A stretch of 64,000 bases of DNA from an uncultured Candidatus Peribacteria bacterium (GCA_964403415.1 CAYOFF010000001.1:69834-133833); one strand, 5' to 3'. Numbered from the stretch's first letter, positions 11,801 to 24,438 are shown. Made by a program: numbers and translations. The notes: a model not told the origin generated them from the sequence alone.

Positions 11801-14761
11801 CGCCCCCGAGGCTTCTGCTCCAGCAACCCCTGTCGCATCCGCATCAATAATAGGGACACTAGGCACCCCCGGACTATTTGCCGCTCCGCAGATTTTGTAT
11901 TCCAATAATTGTCTCACTATAAATGGATTGTTGATTACACGGAGAAGATTACGTCACTTAAATGCATTGAGTTCAGATTCGCTTGTTATTCTTTCTGTTC
12001 ATGGATATGTCGCTGGTGTTCCATCAGGATATACTGCGCGATGTTGTTCATCATTCCAGGAGAGCAGGTGCATTTGATGAATCATATCTGCTTGTTCAGG
12101 TGTCAGATTTCTGCAAAATTCTCGATCGATATGGTCGTATGATTCATCATATCAACTCAATGCAAACAACCTATCGTTAAGGTCTTTGAAATATGCTTGG
12201 TATATATCTACAATTGCGCGCCTATATTTATCGGACATTAGACTTGCTGTAAATTTTGCGACCACTCTATCTTTCTGCTCCTTCAGACGCGTCATCCATT
12301 CGGACAATCAGAGGGCGTTTCTTTTCGTCTTACGTTCGGCAGCAGTTTTTTCTACGTCCTGCTGTTCTCATACCTCGCTTTCTCCTGCATGTTCTTTTCA
12401 TGTTGGAACAGGATCCGCTTGCGCCTCCATATTTGTATTCCCATTTCCTTGTGCATTGTTTATTTCATCCCTCAATTGCTTCAGCGCCTCTACATCTACT
12501 CCTGCTGGCGGCTTCACCAACATCTCATCAATCTGTTTGGTATATTGCGCACGCATTTCTGGCACAGCCGCTATTTGTCTTTTGAGATTTTTTTTCTCGG
12601 TCTGCGTCATATTTCATGTGTCTATTTTCCCTTGTTGGTACGAACCGTGACCTGATACCACTCCTGTCGTCAGCGCGGTAATGATTGCCGTAGAACCAAG
12701 GTCAGCCCGGCTCATATTCACGTCGAGATTGATATCTGCCCCACTATTCACCATATAATTGAACACGCTTGTGAATAATCATTGCGTCTCTTCTTGTATC
12801 ACTTCGTCCTTCAGCTCATGGGCTAGATTTTTTCATGCAGCAAGCGCTGTCATTGCAAACAACGCCAGTTTTGTCATGATACGCGCCTTCCCTTCCTTTC
12901 ACACTAGACTCAAGAGCACGCCACTAAACTTTCCCGTAACCACGTCATTTGGAGACAGCAATTCGAGTCCTGCAGATCATGCGCTCGAGAATAGCGAGTA
13001 TGCGACACTCTCCATATCAGTGAGTCATTGTGCTTTTGCGCTCAGGTAGTTGGTTCATGCCTGCTGTATCATGGCATTGGAGAACAAGCCTATTCTACTT
13101 GCGTTCTGCACGAGCACTCATCACGTTTTTGTGGTGAGTTTTAGAAGTCCTGCTCATGCTTTTTCGGCACCTCGTGCTCGTGCTTCTCATCATCAGAGCA
13201 AAGCTATCATCTGCGATATTCCTTGTGCAAGCTGATTCACTGTATTATCAAAGCGCATATTGAGCTTCCCATCCTTGACTAGTGGTTCACTCATCTCTGA
13301 TGCCAATCCTATTTTTCCAAACGCGTCCCATGACTCTTTGAGACGTAGCGTAGATCACATCGCTTTATCATCCTTGAAAAATGAGATAATCATTGCACCA
13401 AGCGCACTTCCTGTCCCGACAATCGCATCATAAAATCCATTTCGAAGCCCTGCTCATGCATTCAACACCGTATACACGCCGCTACCAAATGTTTTGCGGA
13501 TCCATGTATATGATGCATCTATTTCCTGCTGTTTTTTGAGTTGTTCTGCTTGCTTCAATTTTCTATCCAGCACGATAGCACGGAATGGGCCATCTTTGTT
13601 TGTAGGATCTGCAATATATCTATAGAGCGCGGTAATATCTTGATATTTTTTGTTGAGTCACGACTCTTCCATTCTTGTGAGCACCTTGCCCACACGACCT
13701 GCATCAGCAAGCGATATCTGATTCATCGCATAAAATCCATCACACGTTGCTGTATACTTTTCAATCTCTGCCTGGACAGCACTGATCTTATACTTTCTCT
13801 CATATGTTTCCTGTAACCCATTCATCTGACGATTGAACGACAAAAATCATTTAATCATCAGTGGTCATGCTGCCTTCTGGAGTTTTTGAATTTCTTCGCT
13901 ACAGTATCTTACGTAGTTGTTCGCATTCATTCGGCTTTGAAGCGCTGACTCTGAGTCAAGTCAGACATAACCATCCTCTAGCACTTTTTGTGCTTCAGCA
14001 TAGAGTCATGGATCGAATCCAGGGACTGCTGCCACCTTTGCTTCGTATGTTTTGTAGTAGTCGAGATGCTGCGAGTAAATACCTGGTTTATCGTATCCTG
14101 TTTTCTTAGCGATATCTGTACTCTTCTTGCAGTAATCAGCCCATATTTTCATTTTCTTATCGATATCAGGATGATGACGATTCGTGATATTTTCGATCAT
14201 CCTGGCCGCCGTACGATACTTGAAGGCAAACTCATTAAACTCCCTGAGATCCTTGAATCCCATCTCCTTTGCGATCGATTCTTCCTCTGGCTGTAGAAGT
14301 CAAAAATACGTATCCAGCGCCGCCATTGCGACTTCATAATCTACGTAGTCACGCTGTACCAGCTGATCCCTATCCGCATTGTCACGCTTTGCTTTTGCTT
14401 CTATCTCAGCGTATTGCTTGGGATAGTTCTTCTTAAATCGATCTACGAGTTTGGCGTGTCCTATATTTTCGTAATTCTCTTTGAGCTGAAGGGGAGGCGC
14501 AATAAATAGTCTTTGTAGATTGTATGTTTCCACAAACCTAACTACCGCGGGATTTCTTTGTGCCCAAAGTGTCTGTAATGACGTTTTTAGCGATTCTTCG
14601 AGAGCGTGCTGATATGAGGGCTCCTTGAGATACAACGCCATAGTTTCCAAAAAATCTTTTTTCTCAAAATTACCCGCCTTGATCGACTTCTCCAGTTCTC
14701 AGGTATCGACCTGTATGTCTTTGTTGTAGTCCAGTTGCCCGGTGTACTGCTCGAGTCCCAT
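8831..14761 (-). CDS. Giant orphan protein, 1976 aa. Layout: helical N-terminal third, Gly/Ala-rich hydrophobic block, Thr/Ala linker, long Lys/Glu coiled coils, C-terminal globular region.
   Basis: All nine minus-strand track fragments from 9305 to 14650 share one frame. I walked every gap codon by codon and only TGA interrupts, from ATG 14761-14759 to TAG 8833-8831. Hydrophobic block examples: GTGSALGAMIISFF, IMTKLALFAMTALAA[G], LGSTAIITALTTGVVSG. Coiled coil: EKQKARREKLKKYEERRKKDKIKKFNKQLE. No catalytic motif recognised. Confidence 0.8.
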
Positions 14762-14763
14762 GG

Positions 14764-15054
14764 TTATATCTGAGCAAGTAAATCATCGAGCTCCGCATCT
14801 ACTCATCACTTCTCTGTCTTTTCTGTATCACGAATTTTACGCAGATACGTTGCTGCTTTTTCTTTTTTGGTCGCTGAGAGTTTATTTTTTGCTGATATAT
14901 CCGCCTGCGTAAGCATCTTGAGAATGCCATTACTGAGCTCCTGTATTGCATCCTCATCTTCAAGGCTCTGCACAAGCTCCGACAGGGCTCACGCCATGTC
15001 TCGGTACGGTTTCAATTTCTCTAGAAGAGCTACAACAAGCTGTTTCTTCTCCAT
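14764..15054 (-). CDS. Small helical/coiled-coil protein (96 aa) immediately upstream of the giant ORF, with a 2-nt gap
   Basis: ATG 15054-15052, TAA 14766-14764. MEKKQLVVALLEKLKPYRDMA[G]ALSELVQSLEDEDAIQEL... No family recognised. Confidence 0.55.
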
Positions 15055-15318
15055 ATCCTCTCACCTATAAAGCACAACTCCCCGCATTGTAAGTATACGG
15101 GTATTGCTGATGATAGGAAAATAGAGGGCTTTTGTGTCTTTTGTTGTATTGACATCTAGCTCTGTTTCGTTCTAGTTTCTCTATACGCGCCTACGCCGTC
15201 CCTCCGCATGTCATCAAAAAAGTGACGGCTTTGTCTTTGCTCTTACGCTTTATTTTCTCTTGCCAAGAAGTATTGACATCTTGCCCATTCTATTATTTTT
15301 ACGTTCTAATACGTATAG

Positions 15319-15666
15319 ATGGAAACATCAACACGAAAAAATGACTCTACAGAGAAGATTCCTGTGGGATATCGCGCTTTTTGAGTACTAGTTAGTGCTA
15401 CCAGAACGCGCGACTTGGTTGCGAGAACTAAAGAGGAGATAATAGCCCAGTTATTCGGACATTGTGCAGACCCAGAAGACATTGACTCTTTTGTTAGGCC
15501 CGTACGAACTGAAGATCAGTACAAAAGAGATCTCGCCGATGCAGAGAGGTGAAATAAGCAAAGAGACCAGACCGACGGCGCGTGATTTAACAGGAAAGCT
15601 GGCGATGTTGAGGCAAAAAATATATTTAGCAGTCAGATGGATGCCCACAGATGAATTATAGACTAA
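15319..15666 (+). CDS. Hypothetical protein (115 aa), divergent from the giant-ORF operon
   Basis: ATG 15319, TAA 15664-15666, four in-frame TGA. METSTRKNDSTEKIPVGYRAF[G]VLVSATRTRDLVARTKEEIIAQLF... A hairpin follows the gene. Confidence 0.45.
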
Positions 15667-15685
15667 GCAAAATCATCAAAAAAGA

Positions 15686-15717
15686 CGAGGCTAACTGCGC
15701 CTCGCCTTCGGATTTTT
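15686..15717. terminator. Hairpin between convergent genes (possible bidirectional intrinsic terminator)
   Basis: CGAGGC-TAACTGC-GCCTCG: a 6-bp stem followed by CCTTCGGATTTTT. Confidence 0.45.
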
Positions 15718-15743
15718 GGAATCTACAAGAAAGAAATATACCC

Positions 15744-16235
15744 TTACGCTAGTGCATCTGCTAATTCAGCCTTTGCTGACTCCCTCCTCATCATCGCACT
15801 TCCATGTCTCAGCATACTAGGATATAGGTAATCCAGCAACAGCCAAATATTCCCATCTCATGGGTTTATATCAGGGACAACGTCATATACTCTTTGGATT
15901 CTTGACGGTTCTTGCGTTTTTGATGGTTTATCTAGTTCTAGTTTTATCACTAATGCCTGTATTATCGCCTGACTTCTCGGGTATGTTTTGAGATAGTCTA
16001 CCTGCTGCCTGAAGCCATCTAAGCTAAACACCATCCTTTCATCCATTTCATTGAGCATCACCTCAAATAGCGTAATGTCTGCATCATGTATAGATAGATC
16101 GTCTCCAGCTGCTTGTTCTGGAGAGATTTTTCGTCATTTTAGCCCATGGAGCTTTTCTAGCACGCGCGCATAGTATTCAGGCTGTCGTTTTACCTGTCTG
16201 GCAGAAGGATTTTCTTGTGGAGCTGTTGAAACCAT
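15744..16235 (-). CDS. Hypothetical protein (163 aa)
   Basis: ATG 16235-16233, TAA 15746-15744. Extends track ORF 15858-16061 through TGA on both sides. No motif recognised. Confidence 0.5.
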
Positions 16236-16370
16236 AGATATTGTGTGTAGAGAATAAATACACCTTTCTTTATTATACATTCTTTCGCCTATATGTCAAT
16301 TTGTTTTATGTACCAAAAAACCTCGCATTGCTACGAGGTTCTTATGATAATAAGCGATCTTACTTCAAAC

Positions 16371-16447
16371 TGGAGCAGATGACGAGACTCGAACTCGCGG
16401 CCTGTTCCTTGGCAAGGAACCGCTCTAGCCAACTGAGCTACATCTGC
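16371..16447 (-). tRNA. tRNA-Gly (anticodon GCC)
   Basis: Minus strand reads GCAGATGTAGCTCAGTTGGCTAGAGCGGTTCCTTGCCAAGGAACAGGCCGCGAGTTCGAGTCTCGTCATCTGCTCCA. Full cloverleaf with encoded CCA. Confidence 0.9.
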
Positions 16448-16575
16448 ATAGCACCCACACAAATGAGTTCCCATTTGCATGAGCACGTCGTGCACTATAG
16501 GTAAGTGACTCAACTTTTCAAGGAAAGATCTTTTGTGTCTCAGAAAGCACTCTGTCTGCCAGGAGAAGTGGATAT

Positions 16576-16983
16576 CTATACTTCAATGATCTCTACGTTT
16601 TTTTGCGCCCTTTCTTCGCGAACGCTCTCTGGAATGAGCGATTTTGTTGCTCATGCTATTACGAGCATCAACCCAAAGACCTTCATAATATCACGCACAA
16701 ATACATACCTATCAGGCGTATCTACCAGGTAGTAATGCGCACAAAGCACCAATACAATACCAAATAACGGCACTGCCCACCTATTGTCTGGCAAAAGCTG
16801 TGGGACAAACACCGCCACCAAGAAGAAGGCGAATACCAACCAAACACCTACAAATGCGAGCATATTGTATGCCTCAAACGCAGGTCGCACCAATACCGCA
16901 TCATTGATGTAAAGCCAGACAACATACGCAATACATGCTACCAAAAATGCTATCCATACGCTACGAAATATGTGTGTTTTCAT
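16576..16983 (-). CDS. Small integral membrane protein (135 aa, about 4 TM helices)
   Basis: Track ORF 16651-16983 extended through one TGA to TAG 16578-16576. Hydrophobic helices: VWIAFLVACIAYVVWLY, LAFVGVWLVFAFFLVAVFV, LFGIVLVLCAHYYLV. Confidence 0.6.
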
Positions 16984-17079
16984 CAGGAGCTTTTTGTATG
17001 AGCTAAAATACTATAGAATATTCTCTTCTAGATCGTCCTAGGTAACATGTAGTCTTTTCCCTCTACTTTGCAAACTCCT

Positions 17080-18900
17080 TTACATCTGATCGAGCGTCTC
17101 TACACCCAACAACGTGAGTCCCTGATGGAGCACATGCGCTACTGCCGATACTAAGCGAAGACGTAATGTCTTTTGGTGTTCTTGCTCTGCTTGTAATATC
17201 ATCACCTGTTGGTAGTAAGCATTGAAGAGATGTGCTATGTCGAGAAGATATCTTACCACAAGATATGGCTGATAACGCTCTGCTGCTTGCTGGATAACAT
17301 CTGGGAATTTGCTTAGTACCACCAAAATTTCTCTTCATCATGCGCCTATATCTTCTGCTGTAATAGTATTTTCAGTATCTACGACCACACCTACAGCAGA
17401 CCCTGCCGAACTAATGTTTTTGAAGTTAGGATCTCCCCCACCTTGTACTCATGATTTTTTGAGCATACTCATACAACGGGCATACGTGTACTGTACATAC
17501 GGTCATGTTTCTCACTCAAAGCTCAGTGAGGTTTGTTTGTCGAACACAAAATTTTTGCTTGCCTCGTATTTGAGGATAAAGAACTTTATTGCCGCCATTG
17601 CGATAGCTTCTGCTCTGTGGCGCAGCTCTTTCTCTTCCATATCCGCATATCTCTCGCGAAGAACTTCTCATGCACTCTCATGCATATCATCTGCGAGATT
17701 ATCCGCATCTACCACATTTCATGTCCTGCTTTTCATCTTGCCGTCTGGCAGACTAATCATCCCATAACTCATATGATAACATTTGGGCGCGAAGGAAAAT
17801 CAAAGGCGGTTGAAGACCTCGAACAGCACCTGAAAATGATACTCTTGCTCGTTTGCGACCACATATACCATACGATCCATCTTGTACTCTTCGTATCTCA
17901 GTTGCGCGAGCGCTATATCCTGTGTTACATAAATAGAAGTCCCATCGGCTCTGAGCATTACCTTGGTGCCCAGTCACACATCTTCGAGATCACATACAAT
18001 ATTTCATTTTTCGTCTTTGGTGAACAGCCCTTTTTCATATCGTTTGTAGACTACATCTTTGCCATGCTCGTAGTGTTCACTTTCGAAGTACTGTTTGTCC
18101 ATGGTTACACCATATCTTTTGTAGGTAGTTGCAAATCCCGCTATCGCTCGAGCATTCATTTGCTCCCGTAGCGCTCTGATCTCTAAGTCACCATCTTCCC
18201 ATTTCTTGAGCATCTCTTGTATTTCTTGCTCTGCGTCGGGATGCTCTTGTGCATATTGGTCATAACGCACATAGTAGTCACCCACAAAATGATCTGACTT
18301 CTTGGTGGGCTGCTGTCCTGCTCCAAACTTCTGGTAAGCGAGCATTGATTTACAGATATGGACACCACGATCATTGACGACTTCTGTCCTTATCGCCTTG
18401 TATCAGGCATGCAATAATAGGCTGCACAAAGCGTTTCCTAGGAGCATATTTCTCACGTGTCCTAGATGTAATGGTTTATTGGTATTTGGACTTGGAGACT
18501 CCACCAGAATAATCTCTTTCTTGGGAGATCCAGCTCCGTACGTATCTTTTTTTGTAAAAATTTCTTCTACGACGTCTTGTATACATCGTTGTACACTAGC
18601 TGATATATTGACGTATGGTCCTAGTGCTACAACCTGAGCAACACTGCCTCCTCACACGTTTTTTTCGCTACTCGTCCCTATTTTTGCTGTTATCTTAGCG
18701 GTCGCCGCTGCACTTATTTCTTGTGCTATCTGAGCGGGCGATTTTCCCAAAGTTTTGGCAAGCTGAAAACAAGGATACGCTAGATCTCCGTGCTGTTTGT
18801 GCATAGGTTCTTCTAGGAGAGCGCTTTCTATGGGGATCTCAAGCTCTTTTCATACCTCTTCCAGGAGCATTGCTGCTTCCTTGCGAAACACTTCAAACAT
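17080..18900 (-). CDS. argS: Arginine--tRNA ligase
   Basis: One frame from ATG 18900-18898 to TAA 17082-17080; all gaps checked. HIGH motif PNTNKPLHLGHVRN, mid region MLAYQKFG...DYYVRY, and a typical C-terminus ...LLGVETLDQM ending in Met. Confidence 0.9.
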
Positions 18901-19042
18901 ACCTCTCAAAAAACTAAAAATAACGCCTACCTATACCAAAATGGTTGCATTTTACAAAGAAATTTGTACTACCTGCGTACATTCTGACGCAATAGTCACC
19001 TCAACATCTGCGTATATACATATTGCATATATACATACCCAC

Positions 19043-19118
19043 GCCAATGTAGCTCAGTCGGTAGAGCATTTCCATGGTAAGGAAAAGGTCGGCGGTTCGA
19101 ATCCGCTCATTGGCTCCA
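19043..19118 (+). tRNA. tRNA-Thr (anticodon GGT)
   Basis: GCCAATGTAGCTCAGTCGGTAGAGCATTTCCATGGTAAGGAAAAGGTCGGCGGTTCGAATCCGCTCATTGGCTCCA. Full cloverleaf with encoded CCA. Confidence 0.9.
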
Positions 19119-19135
19119 GTTTTTGTTTGTTATCG

Positions 19136-19582
19136 ATGGTACGCATGTTAGACATATGAGATATTAGAAAAAAAGTTGTTGAAGCAGCCAGAAAACTACC
19201 CGCACATGTGTATTTGGCCATTCAACATGGCAAGACATATGGTCGCTGAGCTACGTTTTCTTTGGAATTAAGAGAACTATTGAGTAGTAAGCAGGAATCA
19301 TGAGAGGGTGAAGTACCTGTAAGCACTGCCATGTCTCATCGCCAAGACGGGAATAGGCATACCTATCTTGTTGTTCCAGACCCAGAAAACGCTGAAAACG
19401 ACATTATTATAGATCCGACCGCGAGTCAGTTTATTGGAAATTTGAGGGGAATATTCATCTGAACTAGAAAAATGCTCAGAGAGGTTCTTCATAGATCAGA
19501 AATAATTAACACCAGATCCAAGAATGATCCTGACGAGGCGTTTGATAGGACGCGGTGAGAGAAGTCACGCATCAACTACTAA
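19136..19582 (+). CDS. Hypothetical protein (148 aa)
   Basis: ATG 19136 (alternative 19145), TAA 19580-19582, seven in-frame TGA. ...HRQDGNRHTYLVVPDPENAENDIIIDPTASQFIGNLRGIFI[G]TRKML... The antisense track ORF 19298-19492 is a shadow. Confidence 0.5.
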
Positions 19583-19597
19583 TATACTACCAAAAAA

Positions 19598-19630
19598 GCA
19601 CCGCCATGTCGTGCATGACGGCGCTCTTTG
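19598..19630 (+). terminator. Imperfect hairpin downstream of the 148-aa gene
   Basis: GCACCGCCATG-TCGTG-CATGACGGCGC: 11-bp arms with 2 mismatches, followed by TCTTTG. Confidence 0.35.
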
Positions 19631-20127
19631 ATCAAGCAACCTTGATCAGCGATTACTCGGCGTAAACGCCCCTTTCATTGAGTAATCTGTACGGAAGATG
19701 CTATGTGAGCCGTATTGACCCAGAACATATCCCGTAGCTGTATGGACCACCTTTTTCCGGAGATGTTGTTTGTTTACCTGTTTCTAGCGTATAAAATGAG
19801 TTGATCATTTTATTTTTTGTAGATTTTGTTTGTGTTTTGTGGCAAACAAAGGTCGTCCCTACTCATTGCTGAGGGAGCGAAAGGAGCTCCTAAAAAGTGA
19901 TCCCAGATCGTATATTGTGTGATAATGACCTACTTCCTGGCGACAAATATATTATACAATATTTTCCCTATCTGTCAATTTTTGAATGATTTTTAAACTA
20001 TTACGTATTCTTTTTTATACTAGATATCAGCGCCTTTACCTATAACGAGTTCCCTCGGACATGAAAAAGCTCCTACTTCCCTCATTATCACGAAGTACAA
20101 TGGCGCTAATTTTTTGTATCGTATAGA

Positions 20128-23100
20128 TTAGGTTGATTCTTCTCCTCACTCGCTTCATCCTCACTCTAGCTGTTTCTGCCTTCTTGCTTTAATTGCGAAG
20201 AGCAGGATCAGTGCTGCGAATGCGACTGCTAGGATACCGACGACTCGGAGCGTTCGCTTCAAGATCGTTCCTAGTATGCTTCATCATGAAGACGAGCTTG
20301 TGGATGTCTTTTCTTCTATGGGTTGTTCATCTTCTGCCTTAATTGTTCCACAACTCTTGGAGGGGAGGTCATAATAGACGATGATATCACATAGTCTTGC
20401 GGTAATAGCAGCAATATCTACTTCGTCTAGATCACCCTTTTCTTGCGCTGTCTTTGCTACCTGCAAGATCTTATCAAGGATTTTTTTCCTATCTTCCTTT
20501 CATCACGTCCCTTGATAGCTGTCAAACTCCTGGAAATAACTTATTACCTGTTCTTTCGCTTCGTTTTTGAACCAAAGTATAATGTCTTTCTTGGCAGTAT
20601 CATATTCGTTTCCTCACAGCGCAGCGACTACGGAGCCATCCGAAAGTTCTATCAAAATACGCTCCAATTCTGCTTTATCATCTGCCGTAACCGCAGATGG
20701 ATTTTTTTGCAACACATCATATAGTTGCAGGATTGTTGAGTTGGTTTGCTCCTTGTCACCGAGCCCATCTCTTAGTGTTATTAGCAAGGCTTTGTAGTAG
20801 GTTGATACCTCATCCAATTGCTTGCCTTCTATGTGCTGTATAAGTGCATCTATCTTTTCGTACATTACTTTTTGCTCACCACTTAGCTGCAAACTTACAT
20901 CCAAAAACTTGATCGTAAGATCTTTTGCTGCTACTTCACCACCGCTTGCGTAGTAGATTCTAGCTGTCGTGTACTCGTGCCTTGGCGCAAGGTATGATAG
21001 CGTCACTAGCGTATTACAGTCCTCATCGTGATCGTAGAGAATCTCAGTATCACCATTCCCGTCCTGAGTAATATCGCTATCTATATAACAATTTCCAGAT
21101 CATACGTAAGACACATACATCGTAATCGTATTTTTTAGGGCGTTTCCAACTGCTATTTCATAGCCCTCTCACTGCACTTGTGCCGATGGGACACTCATAA
21201 TACCAACAGTATTTGGCGTAATATTTCCTGTTCATCATACGGTTATTGTGGTTTTTTCTGCCTTTTGGTTTCCATATTTATCCATTGCAAAGAATCTCAA
21301 AACATACTCTCCTGGCACAGGATACGTAAACATAAATGGCGCTGTTCCTGTCATCAAAAATCCTGTATTCGTCGTACATTTCCTAATATCCAAACAGATT
21401 TCGCTCGTTTCTACCTCTCCAAATAATATTGGATAGAAGAGTACTTTGTCTCCATATGTGCTATACAAGAGCTTGGGCTCTAGCTTTTGTCTTACATAAA
21501 TTGCTTCTGTAAATGCCGTACCTGCACGCTCCCTATAGAAGACTTTTACTTTTGGTCTGTATCATCTTTTGTCTGGATTTGGCTTGGTGTAGGTGTATTT
21601 CACTGTATCTTTGTTGGTCGTAAGATCATATATGCCGTCTCCATCAAAATCGTATTTGAAGTATCTCGTTGTCTCAAAATCTGGCTTCTTAGAAAGCACA
21701 CTAGAAACGGTTGTAAATGTAATTTCTTCCCCTACCTGCACGTTTGATGCACTTGCTTTGAGCGATACAATAGGAACATCTGGGCTATTATTATCTGGAG
21801 GGAAGGAAACAATAGGGCCTTTCCCAAAGTACTCACGACTATCCACTTCTCCACCATCGCTATCCAAAATTCTTACCCCAAATTCAAAATCCGTTCATCC
21901 CTGTCTGGGAACCGAAAATACTGCATATGGGATTGATGCTGGCGTATACTTGATATCAAGGAGGTTTTCTGGATCTCCTGCCTTGGAGTAGTACCAGATA
22001 AATTTATTGATAAATCCGTCTGGATCACGTACATTTGATGCCGCTACTTTTACGGTCACAGGATCTACTATTTTGGTGGAGAGCACGTTTTGTGGGGACT
22101 GTGATGATGAAGATGTCGATGCCGTAGGCAGCGTACCTATGCCCATACTTGACTGAGAGTATCATGCTTTATCATTGTACTGTGGGAATGTAATTGTTAC
22201 GTTATTTATTGTAGGCAGGGCATTTCTCACATCAAATCGTATCTTCTTCACGTCTGTTTTAGCCACCAATGGATCTTCTACAAAGAGATCTACGTACTGA
22301 CATCCCATCTCTGAAAAACTTGTCATTAGCATCTTTTGTCTTTGTTCTGTTCACTCTTGTGTCTTGAAAACAAAGTTTAGGAGGTCGTTTGGCGCTCATT
22401 TAACGCCACGAGATGATGATGCGTCTATTGTTATTTTTTGGTATCTATCAACGATGTACGCTGGATTTGCTGCCTCACCACAGGTTCCTCTCGGCAATAA
22501 CAAAAGATTATTTGGCTGTAACTTTACCTCATATCACGCTGACGGTTGGTCCTTTTGGCCCACAAAGACGAGCCTTGTAATCTCGTTTTCCTCACCAGAT
22601 GGGGTGATAGTTTTTACCACTACCTTGTATGCTCACGCTACTTTGTACTGGTGAGTAACCTTGTGAGTTGTCGTTTTTTGTGTTGTCCCATCGCCAAATG
22701 ATCGCTCAGCATACGCAACCTGTTTATTTGCGGTTAGCTCCATTCCGACAGTTTCTCACCATACAACCGTCTGTCTTGGAGAGAAACTCAAAAGAGGTCT
22801 CACAGTAGACTCTACGGTGAGATCTTTTTCGATTTGTACTTCTTTTTGAAACTTATCTTTTACAGTAAGTTGTACGTTGTATACACCTTTCTGGTCAAAA
22901 CTCACTATCGCTATTTTCCCATTTTCAAGAAGTTGATCTATTTTTGCTCATTCTCTTGGCGAAAAATTCCATGAATACGTAAGCGTATCGTATCCATTAC
23001 GAACATCCTCATCATAGGATCCTCATGCATCTAGCACAAACTGCGATGGCTGCTTGAGATCACTCATTGGCCTAATCGTAAACGCGGCCAGGGGAGCCGT

Positions 23101-24438
23101 TGAATCTACAAAAAACTGCTGGGCATCATACGTGGTGTTACCTAGTTCATCTGTTACAGTGAGCTTTATGGTATATTCACCTGGTGCTTGAAATGCTCTT
23201 TTGAACTGTTTAACTTCGTACGTATCGATATTTTTTCACTCTGTATTGCTTATTACCCACTGATATTTCTTGATTCTAGAGGTGAGCGAGTAGGATGCGC
23301 TTGCATCAAAACTATAGGTCGATGTGGTATCTCCTTGCTCTGGCGTGTATTTGATAAGTGCTACCGGATCGGAAACAGAGAGATCGTATGTTTCGATAAT
23401 ACGATTTCACTCATTGTCTACCACCTCCAGTGAGATGGTGTAGAGTCCATTACGAGGGAACTCTTGCATAAATTGGTCGGGTTTGCCTGTTCAGGTTCTT
23501 TTGATGATGAATTTTGCGTCATTTTGTGCGGTTACGAGCCATGTATAACTCAGAATCTGCCTTCATCCTACAGGGGTTGTTGAGGTTCCATCAATACGGA
23601 CTCCCTTCATTGCTTCTTGGGTTCCTAATCTCACTGGAGTCGTTTTGGTCGCTAATTTACCGTTGATATAGACCGCAATATTTGCTGATTTCGGCGCAAC
23701 ATTGACTGCAACTGATGTCTCTCCGTCAAATATTCCTTTTGCTGCAGCATTTGCGCTTCTTACGGTAAGATGTACGATGTAGTTTCCTGCTTTTCCAAAT
23801 GTGTGATTTACTACCGGTCACTGGCCAATTGCGACGTCTTTCCCGTCTATATTTTTGTACCATCGGTAGAAGTTATTCTCTGGGATAGTGTCGTTTGAAA
23901 ACGATGCATCTAGGCTGCTTCTTGCATCCAAGGTTACGTTTAGGGGAGCTGGTCCATTGTCAGGAGATGCTTTGACTGAAGGTTTTACGGTATATTCAGT
24001 ATTTATTGATCTAATAATGTCGTTGAGTGGTGTAAAACACTTATCCTTGAATACGACATACTTCCCAGCATCATACTTGGCGGTTAGCTCCTGCACTGTC
24101 AATTTGCACTGTTCGTAGATCACTCTCCATGTTGGCGTCTGAGGGAAACGAGGGAAAAGTCCTCCAAATGCGCTCTGCAACTCTACAAACCTCGCTGGTT
24201 GGGGTTCATTTCACACTCTCACCGCAGCCTGTATCTGTTCAAATGCATTGATCATAGCATCCCACTGCGTTTTTATCTGGTAGTTTGCGTAGTATTCTGC
24301 TGGGACACCGTCTGCCGCAACACTATGTCCTGGCATAAAAAATAGCGAGCTGAGACTCACAAAAGATACGCTAGCATATGCCCATATCACTGCGTGGAGC
24401 ACAACCCTACTGATATTAACCATGTTCTTGTTTCCCAT
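20128..24438 (-). CDS. Giant surface protein (1436 aa): signal peptide, multiple PKD/Ig-like repeats, helical region, C-terminal TM anchor with a basic tail
   Basis: Track fragments 24438, 24180, 22146, 21867, 21468, 21006 and 20466 share one frame; all gaps checked; TAA at 20130-20128. Signal peptide MGNKNMVNISRVVLHAVIWAYASVSFVSLSSLFFMPGHSVAA. PKD-like segments: PLNVTLDARSS..., YSWNF..., FKYDFDGDGIYD. C-terminus VVGILAVAFAALILLFAIKARRQKQ. Confidence 0.85.

Noticed and set aside
9228-12650. Long plus-strand ORFs (9228-9779, 10233-11177, 12186-12650) rich in Ser/Phe/Leu.
   Set aside because: They are antisense shadows of the giant minus-strand gene, have low-complexity composition and share no frame with each other.
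8831-14761. Giant ORF as a prophage tape-measure protein.
   Set aside because: No capsid, portal, terminase, tail or integrase genes lie within 10 kb on either side. The flanks are def, tRNAs and argS. The idea is kept only as a fold analogy.
18901-19042. T-box leader upstream of argS.
   Set aside because: Only about 140 nt are available and they are shared with the divergent tRNA-Thr promoter. No T-box (AANNNGGUGGNACCGCG-like) sequence or specifier-loop architecture was seen.
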